A stretch of 64,000 nt of DNA from Camelus ferus (taxonomy: Eukaryota), in assembly GCF_009834535.1 (NCBI RefSeq), contig NC_045697.1, forward strand, positions 98,830,001 through 98,894,000, in the 5' to 3' direction. Both the position numbers and the translations under genes were made by a program. Each line of letters begins with the position of its first letter. The stretch's first letter is position 1. Below, in pieces: positions 26,880 to 41,598 of the stretch. Under the pieces are notes generated by a model. The model was not told where the DNA came from, searched no databases, and was given only the letters and a program-made list of their open reading frames with translations.

Positions 26880-28435
26880 TATTCTTCAATTTGTTAATGT
26901 GGTGTATCACATTGATTTGTGGATATTGAAAAATCTTTGCATCTCTGGGATGAATCCCACTTGATCATGGTGTATGACCTTTTTAATGTATTGTTGGATA
27001 TGATTTGCTAATATTTTGTTGAGGGTTTTTGCATCTGTATTCCTAAGTGATATTGGCCTGTAATTTTCTTCTTTTTTGTGATATCTTTGTCTGGTTTTGG
27101 TATTAGGGTGGTGGTGGCCTCATAAAATGAATTTGGAAGTGTTTTTCCCTTTGCCATTTTTTGGAATAGTTTCAGAAGGATAGGTATTGACTCTTGTCTA
27201 AATTTTTGGTAGAATTCCCCCATGAAGCCATCTGGTCCTAGACTTTTGTTTGTTGGAAGTTTTTTGCTTACTGTTTCAATTTCAGTGTTGGTGATTGGTC
27301 TGTCTATATTTTCTGTTTCTTCTTGATTCAGTCTTGGGAGATTGTACCTTTCTAAAAAATTGTCTGTTTCTTCTAGGTTGTCCGTTTTGTTAGTGTATAG
27401 TCGCTCATAGTAGCCTCTTATGATGCTATGTATTTCTGTGATGTCGGTTTTAACTTTTCCTTTTTCATTTCTGGTTTTATTGATTTAGGCCCTTTCCCTT
27501 TTTTTCCTTGATGAATCTGGCTAAAGGTTTATCACTTTCGTTTATCTTTTCAAAGAACCAGCTTTTAGTTTCATTGATCCTTTCTATTTTTTTTTTTTAG
27601 TGTCTATTTCATTTATTTCTGCTCTAGTCTTTATGATTTCTTTTCTTCTGTATTGCTTTAGTGTGAGATTAGGTTGTTTATTTGAGATTCTTCTTATTTC
27701 CTGAGGTAAGCTTGTATCACTATAAACTTCCCTCTTAGAACCGCTTTTGCTGCATCCCATAGGTTTTGGATCGTTGTGTTTTCGTTTTTCATTTGTCTCT
27801 GTTTTTTAATTTCTTCAGTGACCCATTGGTTGTTTAGTAGCATATTGTTTAGCCTCTGCATGTTTGTGGTTTTGCACTTTTTGTCTTGTAATTCATTTGT
27901 AATCTCATAGCCTTGTGGTCAGAAAAGATGCTTGATATGATTTCAGTTTTCTTAAATTTATCAAGGCTTGCCTTGTGAACCAACATGTGATCTATTCTGG
28001 AGAATGTTCCATGTACACTTGAGAAGAATGTGTACTCTGCTGCTTTCGGATGGACTGCTCTATAAATACCAATTAAGTCCATCTGGTCTGATGTGTCCTT
28101 TTAAGGTCTGCTTTTCCTTGTTGACTTTCTGTCTGGATGATCTGTCCATCAATATAAGTGGAATGTTAAAGTCTCCCACTGTTACTGTGTTACTGTCAGT
28201 TTCTTCTTTTATGTCTATTAATATTTGCTTTATATATTGATGTGCACCTATATTGGGTACATACATATTTATAATTGTTATATCTTCTTGGTTTGATCCC
28301 TTGATCATTATGCAGTGTCCTTCTTTGTCTCTTGTAACAGTTTTTATTTTAAAGTTTATTTTGTCTGATACAAGTATTGTGACTTGGCTTTCTTTTGATT
28401 TCCTTTTGCATGGAATACCTTTTTCCATCCTCTTG
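26880..28435 (-). mobile_element. LINE-1 ORF2 fragment (endonuclease to RT), degraded
   Basis: ORF track peptides RDKEGHCIMIKGS...[44 protein letters not shown]. Confidence 0.95.
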
Positions 28436-28855
28436 ACTGAAAGCAACATGGGTGAACCTAGAGATTATTATATTCAGTGCAGTAAGTCAGACAGAGAAAG
28501 ACAAACATCATATGATACCACTTATATGTGGAATCTAAAGAAAAATGATATAAATTCTATTTACAAACCACAAACAGACTCATGGACATAGAAAACAAAC
28601 TGGTTTCCAAAGGGGAAAGGGTGGGAGAGGGATAAATTAGGAGTTTGAGATTAACAGATACTCATTACTATATATAAAATAAACAACAAGGACCTAGTAT
28701 ATAGCACAGAGAACTATATTCAATTCTTGTAATAACATAATGGAAAGGAATCTGAAAAGAAAAAATATATGTATGTATATGTATAACTGAATCACTTTGC
28801 TGTACACCTGAAACTAACATTGTAAATCAACTGCATTTCAATAAAAAATGAAATT
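28436..28855 (+). mobile_element. LINE-1 3' end (ORF2 C-terminus and 3' UTR, laurasiatherian type)
   Basis: GCAACATGG...GTATAACTGAATCACTTTGCTGTACACCTGAAACTAACATTGTAAATCAACT...AATAAAAAA. Confidence 0.9.
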
Positions 28856-29169
28856 ATAAAGTGTAACTTTTACATCTTTATGTTTTTCAATTTTCACATA
28901 TTAACACTTGTTGGACCTTTTGGAGTGAGCTAATGGTTTTCTTGTTTTCTCTAATGTACATTCTGTCCCTTTGTCTTGCTTTTTTACTTTCTGTATTTGA
29001 ACCTTTTGTGGGTTTTTGTTTGTTTTCCTGACATTTTAGTTGCATTTAGGGGAATATGGAAGTAACATGTGATCATTTTGTTGCATTTAACAGAATCAAG
29101 AATTTAGCACTGAATTTAAAATTGTTTGCATTTCTTGCTAAACGTAAAGGGTTTTTTTGTTTGTTTTGA

Positions 29170-29448
<279 letters not shown>

Positions 29449-31252
29449 TGATAACTCATTCTACTTGAGTTCTGATTTATTCCTGGATTGCATATTAGCA
29501 CCCTAGGAAAGGCAAAAGAATGTAGTAGAACAAATATGCTTATTTAAGTTTAATAAACAAGTTTATGTTAAGATTTTAGAAGAAAATTTTACTTTAGAAC
29601 TTTGATCAAAGTAGAGAAATTTTACTCCTTAAAATAAGCTTATTCAGAAAGTGTCCATTTGGTCCTTTGCTCATGAACCAGCATCTTTTTATTTAGCATT
29701 GTATCTTCATTAGTTTTTCAAGACAGTCATGTTTAAGATACGATTTATATATTATAATGTTCTGAAAGTTTACATAGGTTTTTACCTGTGTGATGATAGA
29801 ATATTGGATGGTAAGATGTTTGTAGACTAAGGGCAGAGTGTGTAGCTAAACTTGTGAAGAGACAAAGGAAAAATAAGCTTTCCCTGGTCTGATTTGTGTA
29901 GTTAGGAAACATGGCTCTTTGGTAATTAATTTGATAATGTTCTCTTAGTATTGAAGAGGGAGAGAGTAATAGTTCTCTGGTAGTTTTCTTTACTCTTGTT
30001 TCTATTCTTTCACTATAATATAGTTATTTGAAAATGGAAAACAGTGGGAATAAAAATATTTAAATTTTTCTCCTTTTCCTTGGTAAGAAATATTTTTGTT
30101 GGCCAGTTGGCTATTAGGTTGTTTTATATTCATTTCCAAAGTATGCATAATGGTAATATAGCTTTTAATAGTGTAGTCACCATAGTTTCTCTCAGTAAAG
30201 CAGAGTACCAAATTTCGTTGTTTCTATAATACAATTTCCCCTCGTATTTTAACATATCTGAAATCAGGTTGCATATGAAATGTCATAATTTAATTGAAAG
30301 TATTTTTAAGAGTATATAAATTATGGTTTGTCTTAAACTAAATGACCACCTGGGTTTTCATTAACTAAGACACTTTAAGTTGTTTAATAAAACTTGCCAA
30401 AATACATTTTACCTGTTTAACAACAAAGGCTTACTTACTATAGTGATTTGCTACTTGCCAAATATATTTCGTTTGTTTGCTTACTTTTCCTTCAAATTAT
30501 CCGTGATTTATAATGATTTGTACATAATTTTTTCCCTTCTTTTTTGCTTCCATTTCTTTGTATTTTACTATAAATGTTGACTCTTCCTCAGGATAGTATC
30601 TTTAATCATTATCTTTTATTCCTAATTAATTTTTCTATAAATTATAAATTGTAGTCCTACAAGCTAGGCAAATAAATCATAATGAATATTTTGTATTCAT
30701 TTGTGCCTCGTAAGATATACATTATAAAATTAGGAATACTGTTTTTCCTTTCTGAAAACTTAATATTTCTCTCAGCTCTCTTTTAATCTGTTGATTGTGA
30801 ATGATAGGTGTCTGACATCTTCTTTTACTTGTATATTTAATAGTAATCCCAAAGAATCATATAAAAATAAGTTTATGAAAATCAGAAATGTAGTTAATTT
30901 ATGTGTACATTTTAATTATTGAACAATGAGTGTAATCTTTATTAAGTTACATTCGCAGAGATAAATCTGTTTGGAGATAAAATTTTTCAAACTTTAAAGG
31001 AGTGATTTAATAAGATCATCCTATGGAACATCCCCAAAGAACAGTAGAAGAGTCATTGCATATTGTTAGCATATGCATTATCAGATGTTCATGCATTTTT
31101 ATATCTTTTTATCTAAAAAAAATATAGGGAGGCCTCCAATCTAGAAATATGTGTGTACTTCATTTATCAATTTTTAAAATACTTTAATCCTAAAAAACCC
31201 TGGATAATTTCCCAGTAAACTCATTGAAGTTTTAATACTTAGGATAATGTAA

Positions 31253-31525
<273 letters not shown>

Positions 31526-32343
31526 TAGTTTTAGATCCCTCTTACCATGTAACTCCGGAGAAGGTGATTCTTAAATTGAATAATAGCAACTACCTTCATT
31601 CAGGAACCTTTTAAATATACCTACTATATTCTAACATATATCTATTTACAGATAAATGGGACTTGCCTTTTAAAATCTCTATGAAAGCTCTTTCCACACT
31701 TAAAAAGAAGAGGTATCATGTAGATTTCATCATACAAGTTTGCAGAGGGGTATACAATAAGGAGTATTAGGCAATATAGTGTACCTACGAAGAGCATAGG
31801 CTTTGGAGTATGCTTCACTTAGATTTGAATCCCAGCTCAAGTTCTTTCTAACTATAGTCTTAGGGTTTAGTTTCCTCATGTGTAAAATGAGGATAATCAT
31901 ACCCACCTCACTGTGGTGGTGTAAAGATTTAATTATGCTTAACATAGTCCCTGATAATGCTCATAAGTAAATTTTACTTTATTAAGCGGTATGTGAGAGT
32001 AGGGAACAAGTACAAATATCTGAGGGAAGACAGAGAAGAAATTGTGGGTTACTATCTTTTAAATAGTTTTTTTGACAAATGTTTCTTTACCTGTTTTGTG
32101 GGCTAACACAATTTTAAGTGTTGAAACACTTAGCAAATTTTTCAAGTGTTTACCAGGCCCCTGAGACAGACTAAGTACAGACTAAGAAAAGATACGGATT
32201 TTGCTCTCAAGGAAATTTTATATAGTCTAGTAAAGGAATATACTTGTTAGAAACTTATACCAAACACTTCTGGGTATTACATAAAACATCATAGCTTATT
32301 CAAAATTATCTCTAGTCTAGTAAAGCAGAAGTGAATGAGTTGG

Positions 32344-32493
32344 AGGGAAGGGTATAGCTCAGTGGTAGAGTGCATGCCTAGCATGCATGAAGTCCTGGGT
32401 TCAACCCCCAGTATTTCCATTAAATGAATAAATAAACCTAATTACCTCCCCCCAACCAAGAAAAAAAATGTTAAAAAAAAAGAAAGAAAAAAA
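32344..32493 (+). mobile_element. Vic-1-like SINE in U12 intron 3
   Basis: A/B boxes, A-rich tail, 17-bp TSD AGAAGTGAATGAGTTGG at 32327-32343 and 32494-32510. Confidence 0.9.
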
Positions 32494-33389
32494 AGAAGTG
32501 AATGAGTTGGGAATAACGAGAAGCTAAAAAGGTAAGCAAAGGATTAATTAATGAGACTGTTGTCAGGTATCTTTTCTTCATTTCTAATGTTGGCGTGGGT
32601 TCTGTATGTATTTGCTATGCTTTATTTAATTGGGTTCCTCTTGATGAACGTAAATTTCTTTAAATTTTATCAATATTAAACTCCTAGAAGATAGATCTTT
32701 TAGGAGGTGAAGATTAGAGGCAGTTAAAAGGTGTTGTAGTGCTCAGTATTGGTGGTTGAAATGGTGAGGGAGGTTGGATGGGAAGATAAATGATGGGGGC
32801 CAGATTAGGAAGGGTAGTATGTCTCAGGCTTTTTAAAACCATGTTCTAACCAACTGAGGAGATTTCATTAAGCTTTAATTTGTCTCTTGCATTATGAAAA
32901 CATTATTTTTTGAATACAGTTCATAATATTAAATATGTAGTTTCACTTATACATGCCACCCTAGACATTCTGTATTTACTAACTCTGTTGAGGATTCCTG
33001 GTGTAAAAGTTGTTAGATTGAAAAGTTTGAACCTAATCTGAGGGAGAAACATTGCAAATTTCTGGAAAGGGCTGTAGACGTTTTTTCTTTTGATTATGTG
33101 TGTTTTAGGATGGTTACTCTTGCAGGTGAGAATAAAAGCAGAGAGACTGAAGGCAGGAGGATGGGTTACTGTTAAAGTAATCAAGATGTAAAGTGAAAAT
33201 GACCTGTATTAGGGGAGTGGGATTGTTTACATATTTCCTCCCTTTGTAGCATATTTTACAACCCGCTATAATTTTACTTACTTATCTGTGTCCCTTACTA
33301 GACTTTAAGTTCTTTGAATGCAGGAGACTATCCATTTTGGTCACCTGCACCCTAATTATTAAGAAATTTTAATAATTAGGATTTAATTT

Positions 33390-33488
33390 ATTTAAGATTT
33401 TTTTTAAATGGAGGTACTGAGGTCAGTATTGAACCCAAGACCTTATCCTTGCTGAGTGTGCTCTTATCACTGAGCTATACCCACCCCC
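33390..33488 (-). mobile_element. Vic-1-like SINE in U12 intron 3
   Basis: GGAGGTACTG...TTGAACCCAAGACC...CACTGAGCTATACCC, diverged copy. Confidence 0.8.
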
Positions 33489-34033
33489 GATAATTATTAT
33501 TTAAATGAGTGAATATTTTTATTTTTTATGTGGTTGAGTTTGATTTTTAGGAACTTTATACTGCACTGAGGGTCTGTCCTAAGGACCTTGTTAGCTGAAG
33601 AAAAGAAAACACACAGGATTTAAAATAATTACATATCATGGATACCCATGTCCTCCCTCTTTTTCCTTTTAAAGATAAAGATAATTCTTAATATTTATCG
33701 AGTATTTGTTTTGTGCCAGTGAGCAGTTTATGTGTGTTATTCCATTTTGTCACCAAACTGCTATGCTTTGATGTATAGACTTTCTATTTATATTTTATAT
33801 TTGAAGAAACCTAATAGGACAGCATTCACTTGTTTAAGGTCACAAAACTAACAAGACAGGCTAGGCCTGTTTTCTCTGGCTTGAAAAGCTGTGCTCTTTG
33901 CACTGTATTAAACTGCCTTCTATCTTCATATTCTCTTTTTAAGCTTGTAATTTTATAAATAGCTATAGTTTTCTGAGTTTCCTGGGGAATATTATTGGGA
34001 TACTATTTCTTGACTTATAGGTTGTATCCTTAA

Positions 34034-34258
<225 letters not shown>

Positions 34259-34510
34259 TAAAACTTTTTGTGAGTACTTTCTGATAACAAAATTTTCCAT
34301 TTTTTAAAAGAATTTAGTTGAGTCTTGCCTCCTTCCCCCAGTAGTGATTGGGGAATCATATTTTTAAATGAATTATTTTACTATGAGAAAGAGTTGGATT
34401 ACTGCATAGGATTGAGTTAATTCAGAAAAAAATGTATATATATTTATGTGTGTATGCATATGTGTATATATGTTAAATTAGCCTGATCTCTTTAAGGAGC
34501 ATTTATTTAG

Positions 34511-34708
<198 letters not shown>

Positions 34709-35909
34709 TAGACTAGGTCTGATTCTTGGTATAACTGAAAGAAAAAGTATACATTGCTAACTTTTTATTTTGAAATAGTTTCAAACTTACAGAAGAGTTG
34801 CAAGAATAGTACAAAGAACTCCATGTAGAAGTTCACTCACATTAACTAATTGTTAATATTTGATACATTTACTTTATGATCTCTATATCTAACTTATCCA
34901 TTTAAATTTTTTCCAAAGATGTTTCAGAATAATTGTAGACACCATGCTCTTTAACTTCTGAATGCTTCAGTGTGATATTTCCTAAGAATAACTCTACAGT
35001 AGTCAACTTTATAGATAGTGCTATATAGATTATCAAAAAATTAGGAAATTTAACTTTGATAGACTGTTACTATCTAATCCACAGCCCATATTCAAAATTT
35101 ACTAATTGTCCTGTTTATATCCTTTCTAGGATTTTCTTTTCACTTTCGGGATTCAGTTTAGAATCATGCCTTTCATTTAGTTATCACTTCTCTTCATCTT
35201 TTAAACTGAAAGTTTCAAAGGACTTTCTTTGTATTTCATGACATTGATATTTTTGAGGAGTCATGGCAGTACTTTTGTAGAATGTCCATCAGTTTGGATT
35301 TGTTTGATGTTTCCTCATTATTAGATATTGTTAAGCATTTTTGGCAGGAAACTGCAGAGGTGATGTTGAACCCTTCTCATTCCACCACATTAAGAGCCAC
35401 ATGGTGTTTTTTTCATTTGATTACTTGCTTAAGGTGGTGTCTGCCAGGTTTCTACACAATAAACTTGTTATATTTTCCCTTTGTATTTAATAAACAATTT
35501 GAGACTTAAGTAGGCTGTTCCTCACCAAACTTTTCATCACTAGTTTTAGCCTTCTATTATGATTCTTGCCTGAAACAAGTGTTCCTATGATAGTTGCTAA
35601 ATGGTGATTTTGTCTTATTCCTTTCAGATTTATTATTTGACAGTCTACTCTTAAGAGCCTTCCTTTCTCCCCTGTTTGTTTATTATATGTAAGAGCTTAT
35701 GGATTCTTACTTTATTCAGTGGATTGTAAGTTAATATTGTCATTATTTACTTAGTTGCTCCCTAGACATGGTATTTAGGAATTGTTTAAAAATGAGTTTT
35801 ATCAATCATATATTATCCTTTGACTTCTTGTATGTGTTCAAGCATGTAAACAATTTTCTAATATGAAAACAAAATTCTTACTGTTAGTATTCCTTATATC
35901 CATATATAG

Positions 35910-36146
<237 letters not shown>

Positions 36147-36764
36147 TGATAGTTGTATATTTTACAACTGTTTTATTTTAAGAAATAAAAATCTATTTCT
36201 TACTCATGTACTTCAAATAATTTGTAATATGGGAAAATATACATTTAACAATGGTTATTGTTGATATGGGAAAAATAATTGTGAACAATAAATTGTGTAA
36301 TGAAGTGACTCAGTAAAATATTTTTTCTTTAAAGTATCTTTGATCTGAAAATATTACAGGGTTTGACTAGAACATAGGAGGCAGTTGCTCAATTCTATAA
36401 GACAGGATTAAGGTCTTAAAACTGCTTATTAGCAAAATTGAATGTGTATACCAAATTTCTTTATTGCCAATAATATATATTGATAAATCAGTCTTCACTA
36501 ACGTGCATATGGCGCACTCCTAGGGTTCTTTATAGTTTATCTGAGTGCTTTCTGATACATAGAAAGAACATGAATTGAAACCAGAGATCGGGGCTTATTT
36601 GTGTGATTGTGATAGGATAGCACATCCTGAAATAAAGATCTCTAGTACTGCCGTTTATTAGAGGACTGAGAAAAAGGAGTCTTCATAGTTTTAAAAGTTG
36701 AGGAACTGATTATGGAAAATGAAAGAAAAATAACAAGTAATTGAAAATCTAAGTACTTTCTAAA

Positions 36765-37025
36765 GAGAAAGGAAAATACTATATGATATCATTTATATGT
36801 AGAATCTTAAAAAGAAGACAAACTTATTTACAAAATAGAAACAGACTCACAGACATAGAAAACAAACTTATGGTTGCTGGGGTAGGGGATGGGGTGGGAA
36901 GGGATAAATTGGGAGATCGAGATTTGCAGATACTAACTAATATATATAAAATAGATAAACAATAAGTTCACTCAGTATCTTGTAGTAACTTATGGTGAAA
37001 AAGAATGTGAAAATGAATTTTTAAA
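36765..37025 (+). mobile_element. LINE-1 3' UTR fragment
   Basis: ACAGACTCACAGACATAGAAAACAAACTTATGGTT...; degenerate TSD AAGT(A/G)CTTTC. Confidence 0.85.
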
Positions 37026-38364
37026 AAAGTGCTTTCCAAGAATTGCCTTCTGAGATGTTGCTTTGCCTCTGTTAGACCAGGCAACTGGAGTTTGCTGGTT
37101 TCATATTTCTTTGTCTCCCCTTGAAGTTGAATACTGGAAAAACATGGTATCTGTGTACATAGTGGATATAGCCTTTTCTTGCCAGGTGAACTTTTCAGCA
37201 GAGGATAATGCTACTAGCAAGAAAAAATGGAAGTTTAAGGCACTTGGATCTCATTTGTGAAGTATAGATCCATAATCCTCTTTCATTTGAGTTGATCATC
37301 CCATAGCGGTCTATTCGTTCTAAAGGAATAGATTTCTGACTTAATGGAAAGATCACAAGATTGAAAAACCTAGTTTGAGTTCTAGCATTGACTATTTACC
37401 AGCTATATGATGAAGGGCAAGACCTGGGCCTCAGTTTTTTTATGGAAATATGTGACATTGTTCAAAATACTCAAGTTCATTGTTTTATTTTATTCTTTTA
37501 ATAACTTTATTAGTGAGGAAGAATGACAAATCAAGCTGATGACTCAGAACTGACCCATAGATTTTAGCAATTTGAAAGTCACTGGTGACCTTAACAGAAG
37601 GACTTTCTGAACATTTGGAAGGAAGGTAGTAAAACCCAAACAGGTCAAGTAGATTTAAATAAGTAGAAGAATTGGTAATGGCATGCATAAATGACTCATA
37701 CGAGTAATTTTGCTGCGTAGAAAGCACATACAAGGTGGTGGTGAGTGGAATGGTTACAGGATCAAAAGAAGGTTTTTTACAGCATGTGCTTATGCTCACT
37801 TGATAATGATCTAGTAGGGACAGAATATTCAGTACAGTGGAGAGGATGTGATCTAGAGGATAAGTTGAAGGGTTAGTCTTAGATAACAACATGAATAGTT
37901 CATCCACAGTAGTGAGAGATGGTAGAGTATATGGGCAAGTAGGTATGTAGACCTAGTGAGTATTTGAGAGCTCTCTTCTAGTTGATTCAGTGAAATAGGA
38001 AACAGCCATCTGTTCATTCTACAAAATATGTATTGAATACCTACAGTGAGTCAGGTATTGGGGACAGGGTATGTAAAGAGAATAAAAGTGAACTAAGATA
38101 GTAGAATCATCAATTGTTGGACATTCCAGTAATAAAGACCATTGATTGGTGGATGGTCAGGATAATTTAGGAACTTCTGGAGTAGGTGAGTGGACATAGT
38201 TAGGCAGATAGTTTCATTGTTAATTCCTATACCACCAGTTCCTTCTGCAAGGGAAAGGTGGATGGAGATTAAGGGAAGGAAAAATGGATGAATGTTACAT
38301 AGGGGAGAAAAGTTACAGAATAGTTTTTATGTTTTTAGTGAACTAGGCTTTTGGTTAATGTAGA

Positions 38365-38571
38365 GCAGGCTGTCAACTTTGGTACTGTTGACATTTTAGG
38401 ATGGAGATGTTGGAGGTGGAAGTCTCTTACATGTTACATAATGTTTAGCAGCATTGGTAGCTTCTACCTATCAGATACCACCTCATTCCACTTACTGTGA
38501 CACCGAAAATGTCTCCAGATTTTGCTAAATGTCACCTAGATGGCAAAAATGCCCCTGGTTGAGAACCACTC
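38365..38571. mobile_element. MER20-like hAT fossil
   Basis: TCAACTTTGGTACTGTTGACATTTT...AAATGTCTCCAGA...CCCTGGTTGAGAACCACT. Confidence 0.8.
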
Positions 38572-39616
38572 AGGGTATAGACATTAAGAATATGCGCTCA
38601 TTTAGGCATATTGCTTGGGTTCAAATCCCAACTCTAACAATTAACTATTTGAAAGATCCTTGACAAGTTTAAGTTCTCTGCTTTAAAATGACGAAAGTAA
38701 TAGTAACCTGTCTGATAGAGCTTTGAGAATTGAATTAATTAATGCATGTGAAACATTTAAAAGTCACTGGCACCCTCAATAGGTGTTCATTTTTATTATT
38801 TGATGAGATAAAAGGGTGCAAGAGTGAAGTCCTCATTTGAAAATAGTATCTTTGGTGAATGGGAGGCCATTAAGGAAAGGATTCCTGACCAGTGCTTGAA
38901 GCTTGGGTGAGTTTGGAGCTCATCTGTTTCTAGTGAAACCAATTCCTCAGTCCATTCATTTGTGAAAAGGTAACGATCAGGCAAATAATTGGGATGATAC
39001 AGGCCTCAAAATTGATTAGCAAGGGGGCCTAGGTTTTGAGACTGATTTTGATATTTGGGGCTGCTAATGTCACTTAGGGATGGGATTGGTCATGCAGTCC
39101 AGACAAGATAAGCAGTGAGTCTACAGGTTGCTGAAAGGCCTGAAGAAAAGGGAATGTTTTTTTCTAAGGTTGAAGGGGAGGATTAGTGAGACAAGAAGAA
39201 AATCAAGACCGTTAAGCTTAAAGCAAGGTGCCTGTTTGGTAGTTGGAAAAGAGAGAAAACCAGTAGCTGGAAGAGAGAATGTGGCCATGATTATGGACTG
39301 CTAGAGCAGAATCATTGTATAATTGATTAAGGGATCATAAGGTTAGGATATTGGATTGGGTCATTAATTTGGATGTTGAAATTGTCCATACATTGCTAGA
39401 AATAATTGAGTAGTAGATGATGACTCTGTTCAGTGCATTTGAGAAAGTAGCGCAGAGTTAGACAAGTACTTGAATAAATAGAGGACATGAGGAGGATGGC
39501 ATTTCTAAATAAGAACTTTAAAAAGGAGAGACAATAGAATTACGTGGTCAGTAGTTTTGTTGAAGGGAACTGAGAACTCAGGAGGATGCAGAATCTACCT
39601 ACTTCCCAATATTTGA

Positions 39617-39832
<216 letters not shown>

Positions 39833-39935
39833 TAAAACTTCCTTTCTAATCTTTAATTGCTTCTTTTGTTAATATATATTTTGTTAATTCATTGAAAAGT
39901 GTAACTAGAAAAATAACGGTTAAGAATTGGTATGG

Positions 39936-40056
39936 CGGGGAGGGTGTAGCTCAGTGGTAGAGGTCCTGGGTTCAGTCCCCAGTAACTCCATCAAATAAAT
40001 AAATAAATAAATAAACCTAATGACCGTGCCCCACCCCAGCCCCCAAAGAAAAAGAA
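39936..40056 (+). mobile_element. Vic-1-like SINE with internal deletion
   Basis: A and B boxes directly joined (GTGGTAGAGGTCCTGGG); TSD-like AAGAATTGGT on both sides. Confidence 0.85.
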
Positions 40057-41140
40057 AAGAATTGGTTCAAAATCTGAATACAAATGTACATTTGCAAACT
40101 TCCATTTAATATGGCAGACTGGGCATTTTCTGAAACCTGTCTTCTACAAACTCATAGAAATAGTTGGGAAAATAATTTTAGAAGCAACTTTTAAAAATTC
40201 TTAAAGGTATGGCAGCATCAAACACATGAAAGGGAAATTTTCACTGACAGAAATAGAGATGTCTCCCTAAAGGAAAGAAGCAAGCATAACTTCTGTGGTA
40301 ACCGGTGACTATAGCAGAGTGGCCTGCCAGAACGTAGCCAAGCCGAAACAGCAGCGTCGTTTCCTTTGTGGGAAGATGGATTCAAATAAACTTGGGTGCG
40401 GAGACTCTCTTCTCCCCAACCATTGTCTTCCAAGAATGGGCCCGCTTGTGAGGACAAGTCCAGAAACATATCATCTACAAAAGGGCAGGGTCCTCAGCTA
40501 GGAAGATCTGATTTGAAGCAGTGTTTCCTCCAAGACTGATAGCGAGCTATTCCTAGTATATTGATAAATGCAGGGGAAACCTCATAACAAAGAATATCAT
40601 ACTCCATAGGAACACCAACACAGGCACGGTGATCAGTGCCAGCAAGCCCAAGAGTAGAGGTGATAGAGGACTCTACAATGAAGAGAGGGAATGAAATGTG
40701 AATAGTTACGAGAAAGTACCAATTAGGAATCTGGGAAATGAAAAACTTACTTATTGATGTGACATAAGATCTTAATAGATTAAATAGAAGAGAGGCCACA
40801 GCTGAGGAAAAATTAGTGAAGTGGAAGATCGATAGAAGAAGGAAAGCTCTCAACTGAGACTTAAAGAAAATATAAAAGAAATATGGAGAAACGGAGGTGG
40901 AGCATAGATCCAGAAGCTCCAGAATAAATCAAAGGAGAGAGTTAGAGAAGCAGAGGCTGAAGAGAATAGTGGAGAAGTCCTATTTGGAAACACAAGTAAT
41001 CCTTTCTCAGAACTAAAGTAAAGGAGTCCTCAGATTTTGAAAGGCTACGTGAACCAGAACAGAGTAAAGAAAATTATGTCTGTTGTATGATTACAGGTAT
41101 TTAAAATACGAAAATATTTGAAGGAAATATTCTAAAATGA

Positions 41141-41308
<168 letters not shown>

Positions 41309-41433
41309 TGAAAGTAACTACAAAGGAATGAAAATGATGTTATGATATAGTTTCTTTCCTTGGTTTTAAATACATGAGTATGCATATTAAAATTTTAATG
41401 TATGCATTATTAGAGTTGTCTGGGTAAATGTAA

Positions 41434-41598
<165 letters not shown>

